Part shown: positions 21,826 to 30,627 of the stretch, one piece after another
How the letters are laid out: every line of letters begins with the position of its first letter
Position numbering within the stretch: position 1 is the first letter of the stretch
Assembly: GCA_937983015.1 (NCBI GenBank)
Contig: CALKAK010000126.1
Coordinates: 77 to 64,076, forward strand
DNA: 64,000 nucleotides
Direction of reading: 5' to 3'
From: an uncultured Bacillaceae bacterium
GTDB lineage: Bacteria > Bacillota > Bacilli > Bacillales > Caldibacillaceae
Notes under the pieces: generated by a model
What the model saw: only the letters and a program-made list of their open reading frames with translations
The model's database searches: none
Told to the model about the DNA's origin: nothing
Translations under genes and position numbers: made by a program

Positions 21826-22048
21826 CTCTCGCATACCACCTTTTAAGAAAGTTTCAAGCGGAAAACGGTGTTGGTTCTCCGGATAAGTCCTTTTTCTTCA
21901 TATCATCTTACCTATGTATATCGATCACTTTGGTGTAGATGGACCTTCTATCAAACATTCAAGGAATGTACCGTTGACAAGTTGCTCATGGTCAAAACTA
22001 TTATATATCAATTTATCCAGGAACATGAACGAAAAGCCAGGCGAGAGC

Positions 22049-22852
22049 TTAAAAAAATAGGAAGAAATATAAAACGGGAAATACGAAGAGCCAGCTATCT
22101 ACCCGGTCGAGGATGCCACCATGTCCCGGTAACAATTTACCGGAATCTTTCACTCCATAATATCGTTTTAACGCCGATTCCACCAGGTCACCGACCTGGC
22201 CAAATATAGACAGGATGACGCTTATGATCAACAGTACCGGAAGGGGGAACCGATTTTGCAATTCGGAAAAAAAGTAGAACAGGATCGCAACGATCACCGC
22301 TGATAGGATTCCCCCGATGGCTCCTTCTACCGTTTTGTTCGGGCTGATCGCAGGCATTAATTTCCTTTTGCCGAACGCACTGCCGCAAAAATAGGCTCCG
22401 GAGTCGGTTGCCCAGATCAAGAGCAACACGAAAAAGAAATAGAGCAGTCCGAAATGGCGGATCACCATCATGAAGTAAAAACCGATCCCAATATAGATAA
22501 TCGCCAAAAAACAAAAACCAATATCATCAAAGGTAAATTGATTTTTAGAAATGACGGTGAGTGATAGAAAAACTAATACGCCGAGGATCAATAGCTGGAT
22601 TTTCCCTGCGCCAGCCAATCCTGAAAAGTTATGTATGTATTCAGCAGGAAATAAAATCACCCATAAAAGAAGCAGAGAGAAAACACCCGGTAACGAAATT
22701 AAAGATATTTTGCGCATACGCAGTAATTCGAATAATGCGATAGAAGCCATGATGTACATCAAGAGCAGATAAGGCACACCGCCAACGATAACCATTGGCA
22801 AAAAAATCAACATCGCGATAACAGCGGTTATAACACGTTGTTTCATAAACAT
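22049..22852 (-). CDS. cdsA: Phosphatidate cytidylyltransferase
   Basis: 267 aa, polytopic membrane protein with the CdsA signature SALKRYYGVKDSGKLLPGHGGILDRVDS. Confidence 0.95.
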   Translation of the reverse strand: MFMKQRVITAVIAMLIFLPMVIVGGVPYLLLMYIMASIALFELLRMRKISLISLPGVFSLLLLWVILFPAEYIHNFSGLAGAGKIQLLILGVLVFLSLTVISKNQFTFDDIGFCFLAIIYIGIGFYFMMVIRHFGLLYFFFVLLLIWATDSGAYFCGSAFGKRKLMPAISPNKTVEGAIGGILSAVIVAILFYFFSELQNRFPLPVLLIISVILSIFGQVGDLVESALKRYYGVKDSGKLLPGHGGILDRVDSWLFVFPVLYFFLFF

Positions 22853-22861
22853 ACATCACCT

Positions 22862-23632
22862 TTAAATTCCGCCAAAGCGGCGGGATCGATTTTGATAATG
22901 TTCGATCGCATCAAGGAATAAAAATTCATTGAAATCGGGCCAGAGGCACTCGGTAAACCAAAATTCTGTATAAGCGAGCTGCCAGAGCATGAAATTGCTG
23001 AGGCGGATCTCACCACTTGTTCGTATCAATAAATCTGGATCGATAAAATCCTTCGTCATTAGGTAATTAGCGAAGGTCTGTTCCGATAAATCATTTTCGT
23101 TAATTTTACCATGTTTGATATCAACGACTAAGTCTTTGACCGCGGTGAGGATTTCAGCCCTTCCTCCATAGTTCAGGGCAAAATTTAATACCAAGCCCGT
23201 GTTTTTTGCGGTTTTTTTGATCGCATAATCAACGGCCCTTAAGGTATGATCGGGGAGACCTTCACGTTTACCGATCATGGTGATTTTCACGTTTTTTTCC
23301 ATCAATTCCGGTAAATAGGTATCGAGAAATTCTTCCGGGAGCTTCATCAAGTAATCTATTTCCTGTTTAGGCCGTTTCCAATTTTCCGTGGAAAAAGCGT
23401 ATAAGGTGAGGGCTTTTATGCCCAGATCGTTGGCCACGATCGCGATTTTTCTAACAACCTTCATTCCCTCATGATGTCCGGCAACCCGGGGCAGTGAACG
23501 TTTTTTCGCCCATCGTCCGTTTCCGTCCATTATGATGGCGACGTGGTGGGGGATTTTTTTCTTTTTGATCTTCTCTATACGTCTATTAAGGGTAAGTTCC
23601 TTCTTTTTGCGAAATAATGTATTATGAAACAT
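22862..23632 (-). CDS. uppS: Undecaprenyl pyrophosphate synthase
   Basis: 256 aa with HVAIIMDGNGRWA and the C-terminal RRFG. Confidence 0.95.
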   Translation of the reverse strand: MFHNTLFRKKKELTLNRRIEKIKKKKIPHHVAIIMDGNGRWAKKRSLPRVAGHHEGMKVVRKIAIVANDLGIKALTLYAFSTENWKRPKQEIDYLMKLPEEFLDTYLPELMEKNVKITMIGKREGLPDHTLRAVDYAIKKTAKNTGLVLNFALNYGGRAEILTAVKDLVVDIKHGKINENDLSEQTFANYLMTKDFIDPDLLIRTSGEIRLSNFMLWQLAYTEFWFTECLWPDFNEFLFLDAIEHYQNRSRRFGGI

Positions 23633-23802
23633 GTTCCTTCCTCCAATTTTCTAGGGCAGAGAGAATAACGAAAGGACTCGTGATTCTATAAAGTCAGGGT
23701 TCATTTAGTTTATCTTACTTCAATTTATCATACCAGAACTACTCGCAAGCTGCCTAATGTTTGGACAAAATTTTCGTAGAAAAAACCGACCTCCAGCCAT
23801 AA

Positions 23803-23830
23803 TAAGAAAAACCCCTGCTGTAAGAGGGGC
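23803..23830 (-). terminator. Terminator after frr
   Basis: Minus strand: CCCCTCTTACAGCAGGGG hairpin followed by TTTTTCTTATT. Confidence 0.6.
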
Positions 23831-23855
23831 TTTATAAATAATTTCGTTCGCACAC

Positions 23856-25158
<1,303 letters not shown>

Positions 25159-25215
25159 TCATTTGCCGATTTCGACTATAAACCTTCCCCGGTTAGTCCA
25201 AATTACTTATAGATT

Positions 25216-25254
25216 TTGGAAAAGGTTGACGAACGGGATCTTTGTTCGTCAACC
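25216..25254 (-). terminator. Terminator or attenuator after tsf
   Basis: Minus strand: GGTTGACGAAC-AAAGATCCC-GTTCGTCAACC followed by TTTTCC. Confidence 0.6.
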
Positions 25255-25262
25255 TGATTTCT

Positions 25263-26147
25263 TTATTCTTTCATTTGTTTCCGGACTTCTTCGGCGAAGT
25301 TTTCTTCCCGTTTTTCGAGACCTTCACCGACTTCGTAGCGAACGAAGGTTTTGACCGTAGCGTTGTGGGATTCTACGAACTTGCTTACCGTCAAATCAGG
25401 GTCTTTAACGAATTTTTGTTCTATCAAGCAGACTTCTTCAAAGAATTTATTGAGGCGTCCAGCAACGATTTTTTCTACAATATGCTCAGGTTTTCCTTCA
25501 TTCAATGCTTCTTTTTTGAGAATTTCTTTTTCATGATCGATTTCTCCTTGCGGTACGTCTTCCCGTCTCACATATTTTGGATTGAGTGCAGCTACATGCA
25601 TGGCCACATCTTTGGCAACATTTTCATCCGTTGTTCCTTCGAGCAATGTTAATGCAGAAATTCGCCCCCCCATGTGCTGGTAAGCGCCAAAAGCATCATT
25701 ATCTGTTTTTTCAAGAATAGCGAAACGACGTAAAGTGATCTTCTCACCAATTTTTGCGATCGCGGCGTTGATGAACTCACTCACGGTTGAACCGTCTTCC
25801 ATTTTTTGCTCTAATGCTTCATCTACAGATTCTGGTTTATTCTTCAATAAATGGTTTGCCAAATCCTCGACATAACCGAGGAACAGATCGTTTCTAGCAA
25901 CGAAGTCGGTTTCCGCATTAACTTCTAAGATTACGGCCGTGTTGCCATCCACTTTGATCGTGGTCACACCTTCAGCGGCGATTCGATCGGCTTTTTTCGC
26001 TGCGCTGGCAATACCTTTTTCCCGTAGATAGTCAATCGCTTTATCGAAATCGCCATTCGTTGCCTGCAATGCTTTTTTACAATCCATCATTCCGGCACCG
26101 GTTTTTTCACGTAATTCTTTAACCATTTTTGCGGTGATTTCCATCAT
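25263..26147 (-). CDS. tsf: Elongation factor Ts
   Basis: 294 aa, [20 protein letters not shown]..., canonical EF-Ts. Confidence 0.96.
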   Translation of the reverse strand: MMEITAKMVKELREKTGAGMMDCKKALQATNGDFDKAIDYLREKGIASAAKKADRIAAEGVTTIKVDGNTAVILEVNAETDFVARNDLFLGYVEDLANHLLKNKPESVDEALEQKMEDGSTVSEFINAAIAKIGEKITLRRFAILEKTDNDAFGAYQHMGGRISALTLLEGTTDENVAKDVAMHVAALNPKYVRREDVPQGEIDHEKEILKKEALNEGKPEHIVEKIVAGRLNKFFEEVCLIEQKFVKDPDLTVSKFVESHNATVKTFVRYEVGEGLEKREENFAEEVRKQMKE

Positions 26148-26216
26148 AGTTCCTCCTTAATATGCTTCAGATTCGCTGCTCGTGCACAGCTATGTATAAT
26201 CATAAGGTTTAAAATC

Positions 26217-26254
26217 TGAAAAAAAGGTGATAAGGGCTTTCCCACTTATCACCT
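26217..26254 (-). terminator. Terminator or attenuator after rpsB
   Basis: Minus strand: AGGTGATAAG-TGGGAAAGCC-CTTATCACCT followed by TTTTTTT. Confidence 0.65.
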
Positions 26255-26271
26255 GATTTCATCTCCCTTAA

Positions 26272-27045
26272 TTACTCGGCTTCAACGGCTTCGGCTTCTT
26301 CTTGAATCTCAGCTTCTTGTTCCGTATTCTCTTCCGGATTCACTTCAGTTTCTTGAACGGATTCTCCCTGTCTTCCCTCGATGACAGCATCGGCGATCTT
26401 GCTCGTGATTAAACGAACAGCACGAATCGCGTCATCGTTAGCAGGGATGACATAATCGATCTCATCCGGATCGCAGTTTGTATCCACCATCGCAACGATA
26501 GGAATATTTAATTTCCGGGCTTCTTGCACGGCAATACGTTCTTTGCGTGGATCGACGATAAAGATGGCATCCGGATATTCGGTCATTTCTTTGATTCCGC
26601 CGAGGAATTTTTCCAATCTTTCTTTTTCCCGTTTTAACACGAGAACTTCTTTTTTCGGAAGAACTTCGAATGTTCCGTCTTCTTCCATTTTTTCAATTTC
26701 TTTCAAACGTTCGATCCGTGTTTTGATCGTTTGGAAGTTTGTTAATGTCCCACCGAGCCAACGTTGGTTCACGTAGAACATGCCGCAACGAGTGGCTTCC
26801 TCTTTGATGGCATCTTGCGCCTGTTTTTTCGTACCGACAAATAGAACTTTTCCGCCTCGGGCGGCCAGTTCACGGATGAAGTTGTAAGCAACATCCATCA
26901 TTTTGACTGTTTTTTGTAGATCAATTATATAAATGCCGTTTCTTTCCTGGAAAATGTATTGTTTCATTTTCGGATTCCAACGGCGTGTTTGGTGACCGAA
27001 GTGGACACCTGCTTCGAGCAATTGCTTCATTGATACAACTGACAT
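26272..27045 (-). CDS. rpsB: 30S ribosomal protein S2
   Basis: The start was set at the ATG at 27045 ([27 protein letters not shown]), preceded by AGGAGGAA. The track's 27-codon extension covers the structured leader. The C-terminus has an acidic E/A-rich tail. Confidence 0.95.
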   Translation of the reverse strand: MSVVSMKQLLEAGVHFGHQTRRWNPKMKQYIFQERNGIYIIDLQKTVKMMDVAYNFIRELAARGGKVLFVGTKKQAQDAIKEEATRCGMFYVNQRWLGGTLTNFQTIKTRIERLKEIEKMEEDGTFEVLPKKEVLVLKREKERLEKFLGGIKEMTEYPDAIFIVDPRKERIAVQEARKLNIPIVAMVDTNCDPDEIDYVIPANDDAIRAVRLITSKIADAVIEGRQGESVQETEVNPEENTEQEAEIQEEAEAVEAE

Positions 27046-27167
27046 GAAATGTATTCCTCCTATTTTTATTGGTTTGCCTCCGCCCATATCTTCTTCAGAC
27101 GGTACTATATCCCATGGATATAGCACCTCCGTCTGAATCCATGGGCGTGTGTATTCACACCAGAACT

Positions 27168-27196
27168 ACTATAGCACAACATGTTTTAACATTCAA
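27168..27196 (-). promoter_or_regulatory. Sigma-A-type promoter for rpsB-tsf
   Basis: Minus strand: TTGAAT (27196-27191), 17 nt, TGcTATAGT (extended -10, 27173-27168). It lies about 120 nt upstream of the rpsB ATG. Confidence 0.6.
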
Positions 27197-27261
27197 GGCA
27201 GGAAATAGAAAAAATCATGACGATTTATTTCTACGCCTTCTTACCGGACGAATTTCTTCTT

Positions 27262-27789
27262 TCATTCTTTCACATTTTTCGCATGTATATTCATGAGCGC
27301 CGGTGTGAATTTTATGAGGAGTTCGATCTCTGTTTTCCCGCGATCTAGGGCTTTGGCGATTTCCGCAATTGAATAACCCTCCTTTAAATATGTTGCGATC
27401 TTTTCCACATCGTCTTGATAGTTCTCAATAGAAGACTTCTGCTTTTCTTCCTTTCCGGTAGCAGGAACCTGTTCTTCATCAAGGGGAGTCTTTTCCTCCG
27501 GGTTCGGGTCATCTTTTAGAAAAGGTTTTTCTTCGAATGAGGTTTCTTGCTTTTCGCGTTTGTCCGAACTGTTTTCCTTTTCCAGTAAGCGGGTGAAATC
27601 TTCAATAAACCGTTCATTTTCTTCCCGGATTTCGAGGAGAAATTCATCCATTAGCTCAACAAATTTTTCGTTAAGCTCTTCGTATTGCCGTTTGAGCTCA
27701 TCCATTTGTTTTTGGCGTAAGAAAAGTAACAATAAGCCGGATAAAGCGATGATGACAAGGATAAAATTGATAATTAAAAGACCGTTCAT
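27262..27789 (-). CDS. swrB: SwrB-like swarming/flagellar type III secretion activator
   Basis: 175 aa with an N-terminal TM helix, a charged coiled middle and a C-terminal ...GYSIAEIAKALDRGKTEIELLIKF resembling the B. subtilis SwrB C-terminus as I recall it. It is the last gene of the operon, after sigD. Confidence 0.6.
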   Translation of the reverse strand: MNGLLIINFILVIIALSGLLLLFLRQKQMDELKRQYEELNEKFVELMDEFLLEIREENERFIEDFTRLLEKENSSDKREKQETSFEEKPFLKDDPNPEEKTPLDEEQVPATGKEEKQKSSIENYQDDVEKIATYLKEGYSIAEIAKALDRGKTEIELLIKFTPALMNIHAKNVKE

Positions 27790-27801
27790 GACAACCTTCC
27801 T

Positions 27802-28107
27802 TTAACCACTAGTGTCGACGAATTTTCCTTTATACGGGTGAGGAGATTTTTTGTCGTTTTTGGTTTGTCTGCGTCGTTCCTGTTTTCTTTTGGGAGCATC
27901 GCGCCCTTCTTCATCGGTTCGCAAAGATAACTTCCCCGTTTCCTCTCTGCGGAGGACGGTTTTTGTCTTTTGTTCTTCCTGCTTTTGCACGGTATGCGCA
28001 GCGTGTATGTTCATCAATTGCGCTTCACGATTCATCTGTTCTTGAACTTTACTTACTTGATTCGCCCTTTGTACAGCGATCTGCATATCGATATTTTTCA
28101 AGCTCAT
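27802..28107 (-). CDS. Hypothetical 101-aa hydrophilic, basic protein encoded between sigD and swrB
   Basis: The ATG is 13 nt after the sigD stop, with GGGGCGGGA as SD. Its stop is 12 nt before the swrB ATG. No TM segment. The C-terminal half is K/R-rich and ends HPYKGKFVDTSG. I do not recognise a family. Confidence 0.6.
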   Translation of the reverse strand: MSLKNIDMQIAVQRANQVSKVQEQMNREAQLMNIHAAHTVQKQEEQKTKTVLRREETGKLSLRTDEEGRDAPKRKQERRRQTKNDKKSPHPYKGKFVDTSG

Positions 28108-28120
28108 GATGATCCCGCCC

Positions 28121-28909
28121 CTACAAATCCATCATGTTCCGGAGTTTTTTCACCGCTTTCGTATGAATTTGCGAAATTCTTGATGTCGATAAATTCATGA
28201 TATGCCCGATTTCCGTCAACGTCAGCTCCTCTTTATAAATAAAGCTGAGAACAAGCTGTTCTTTTTCATTTAATAATTTGATTTTTTCGGCCAGCTCTTT
28301 TACCGTTTCCGAATATAAAAGTTCTTCCTCGGGATCTTTTACCTTATCATCCCGAATGGAAAAACCCTTTCCTTCGCCATTCTCTTCATCCGGTTGGTGC
28401 TCGTTGAGCGATAAGATGTTGGCAAAATACATTTCATCCATAAGGGTCTGGACTTCTTCAACGTTCATCCCTGTTTCTCGGGCCACCTCTTCCGCTGTCA
28501 ATGAACGGCTGAATTTTTGTTCCATACGTGCGATCGTTTCTTCCAATCTGCGAACTCGTTCTCTCGTTTTGCGGGGGAGCCAGTCTTCTTTACGTAGCCC
28601 GTCCAGGATCGCCCCGCGGATCCGGAAAGAAGCGTAGGTAGCAAATTTCAAATCCCGATCTATGTCATAATTTTCCAGCGCCTCATAAAGGCCGGTTAAT
28701 GCAAGGCTCATAAGTTCTTCCCTCTCCACTGATCTGGGGACTGTGCGGGCCATTTTATCGACGATCTTCTGTACTAACGGCATATATCTGCGGACAAGGG
28801 CATTTCCCGCTTCCTGATTTTGCTTAGTTTGCCATTCAATAAAAAGTTGTTTTTCATCAAGCGCTTCATACCGATCGAATGTTTGATTTTGTTCTGAACG
28901 GTACAACAT
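28121..28909 (-). CDS. sigD: RNA polymerase sigma factor SigD (sigma-28/FliA)
   Basis: 262 aa with regions 2-4 and the region 4.2 HTH LTLTEIGHIMNLSTSRISQIHTKAVKKLR. It follows cheD. Confidence 0.93.
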   Translation of the reverse strand: MLYRSEQNQTFDRYEALDEKQLFIEWQTKQNQEAGNALVRRYMPLVQKIVDKMARTVPRSVEREELMSLALTGLYEALENYDIDRDLKFATYASFRIRGAILDGLRKEDWLPRKTRERVRRLEETIARMEQKFSRSLTAEEVARETGMNVEEVQTLMDEMYFANILSLNEHQPDEENGEGKGFSIRDDKVKDPEEELLYSETVKELAEKIKLLNEKEQLVLSFIYKEELTLTEIGHIMNLSTSRISQIHTKAVKKLRNMMDL

Positions 28910-28954
28910 GGTCTCCCCTCCTCATCTTTTCTCCGGCACGTTACAAATCCTCCG

Positions 28955-29452
28955 TCAAATAACCGAAATCCCTTTATTGACCGTGCGAATAACGAGTTCG
29001 CCTGTTTCCGGATTGAATTGTATCGTGCGACCACTGTTGCCGCCAACATCCGCGGCAACGATCGGAATCTCCAGGGCGTGTAGATGCCTTTTGACCGCTT
29101 CGACATTCCTGGGACCGATTCGCATGAGCTGACCGGCACCGTATGCCTTAAACATCTGGGCGCCACCGGCCAGCTTTGCTTTTAATTTCCAATAAGGGCT
29201 CCCGGCTTTCTCAAGCATTTCAATCAATGCCGGAATCGCTGTGTCGGCGTACTTGGCGCGATTGAGTGATTTTTGGCGTGCCAGTGATGAATCGGGAAGC
29301 ATGATATGGGCCATACCGGCCTGTTTCTGCGAAAGGTCGTATAGAACAACACCAACACAAGAACCGAGTCCTGATGTACGCAGCGTGTCGGGAGCCCTGG
29401 CGATATTCATATCCGCGATCCCGACCTGGATGATCGTTCCTGCCGTTTTCAT
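28955..29452 (-). CDS. cheD: Chemoreceptor glutamine deamidase CheD
   Basis: 165 aa with the GLGSCVGVVLYD motif. Confidence 0.93.
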   Translation of the reverse strand: MKTAGTIIQVGIADMNIARAPDTLRTSGLGSCVGVVLYDLSQKQAGMAHIMLPDSSLARQKSLNRAKYADTAIPALIEMLEKAGSPYWKLKAKLAGGAQMFKAYGAGQLMRIGPRNVEAVKRHLHALEIPIVAADVGGNSGRTIQFNPETGELVIRTVNKGISVI

Positions 29453-30108
29453 ACATCCTGGACTCCTAATTGCGAAAAAATGCGAGTCAAAGAATCGGGG
29501 GACGGAAGCAAAAAGATATGACCGCGCATCGTCTCGGTTACTTGCTTTGAATCCTCTACGATGATTTCCGCATCGATAGCCAGGGCGTAATCGGCGACCC
29601 GCGATATCTCGATCAAACCAAAACTGATGATGGCGCCGAACATATCGATCGCCACCTCGGGGACGGAAGGTGTGATCTGTAAATGTAGAAAGTCACTAAG
29701 GGCGGTTAAATATGAACCTGCCATAATATTGCCAATCTCTTGATACGCGGATACGGCTAATTCGGAAAACGGTGGCTCAGCGAAAGAAAAATCCTCCGGT
29801 ACAAGTTCCTGGACGAATTTTGTCGCTTCAAAGACAGGTAGTACAAAAAACATCGTTCCACTAACATCACCAGAAAAAGTCAAAAACACGCTGGCAACAA
29901 CATTTTCCGTACCACCGGCCAGTTCCATGATCTCGTTAAAGGCAGAAAGATGAACATCCGGTACATTCATGGTAATTTTTTTACCGATCAGCTGGGATAG
30001 TGCATTCGCCGCGTTACCGGCGCCGATATTACCTACTTCTTTTAAAATATCTTTTTGTAAATCACCGATCGCCAGATTTCCCTCATGATGTTGCTTCATG
30101 ATCCGCAT
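29449..30108 (-). CDS. cheC: CheY-P phosphatase CheC
   Basis: 219 aa with two CheC repeats (EVGNIGAGNAANALSQL and EIGNIMAGSYLTALS). The start is uncertain by 3 codons. Confidence 0.9.
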   Translation of the reverse strand: MRIMKQHHEGNLAIGDLQKDILKEVGNIGAGNAANALSQLIGKKITMNVPDVHLSAFNEIMELAGGTENVVASVFLTFSGDVSGTMFFVLPVFEATKFVQELVPEDFSFAEPPFSELAVSAYQEIGNIMAGSYLTALSDFLHLQITPSVPEVAIDMFGAIISFGLIEISRVADYALAIDAEIIVEDSKQVTETMRGHIFLLPSPDSLTRIFSQLGVQDV

Positions 30109-30565
30109 CTCCCGTCAGTTCCAGGATTTGCCGTAAATCGAGTAAAATGATCAACCGATCCTTGAGATGGACGACCCCTTCAATAAAATTCTGGCTTTTC
30201 ATCCCGATCACTTCGGGCTGTTCTTCAAATTCAGCGGTTGAAAATTTCAGCACGTCATTCGCCGCATCCACGATAAAACCAGCAATGATTCCTTCGTAGT
30301 CGATGATGAGGATGCGCGTTTTTTCAGAAATCGGCGTTTCTTCAAAAGCAAAGCGGCAGCGGAGATCCAGCACCGGAACAATAATCCCGCGCAGGTTCAT
30401 CACACCTTTAATATATGGTTTCACGTTCGGGACGCGGGTGATCGCGCTCACCTTTTCAATCGAAGTAACATATTCAACCGGCAATCCGTATTCTTTTCCA
30501 CCCACGGTAAAAACAACGATCTCGCCCGCCATTGTGATAGGACTTGCTTGCTGATTCTGTACCAT
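30083..30565 (-). CDS. cheW: Chemotaxis coupling protein CheW
   Basis: The start was set at the ATG at 30565 (MVQNQQASP...), preceded by AAGGGG. CheW domain present. Confidence 0.92.
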   Translation of the reverse strand: MVQNQQASPITMAGEIVVFTVGGKEYGLPVEYVTSIEKVSAITRVPNVKPYIKGVMNLRGIIVPVLDLRCRFAFEETPISEKTRILIIDYEGIIAGFIVDAANDVLKFSTAEFEEQPEVIGMKSQNFIEGVVHLKDRLIILLDLRQILELTGDADHEATS

Positions 30566-30627
30566 GGAATTACCCCTTTCGTGATAGGTGCTCTTTACGA
30601 GTTCCACCCTGAATCCGGGACCATTTT

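Noticed and set aside
21868-22209. 113-aa plus-strand ORF starting in the cdsA-rseP gap, which could have been a replacement for dxr.
   Set aside because: More than half of it is antisense to cdsA. It has no SD and no similarity to Dxr or any reductoisomerase motif. It is spurious.
23763-23775. Isolated TTTGTCCAA / GACAAAATTTTC motif in the frr-uppS spacer, similar to the repeats upstream of flgB.
   Set aside because: A single degenerate copy in AT-rich DNA is expected by chance. There is no phasing or clustering.
26272-27126. N-terminal extensions in the ORF track: rpsB to 27126, codY to 56609, hslV to 58706, xerC to 59589, polC to 18623, infB to 11650, rimP to 13912, cheW to 30607, cheB to 33737, flhG to 34606, flhB to 38905, fliY to 42869, fliI to 50829, flgE to 45451, flgB to 55461, proS to 20546 and pyrH to 25149.
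   Set aside because: The upstream-most starts lack an SD, overlap the preceding gene or a leader structure, and add residues absent from homologs. In every case an internal start with a good SD gives a canonical N-terminus.
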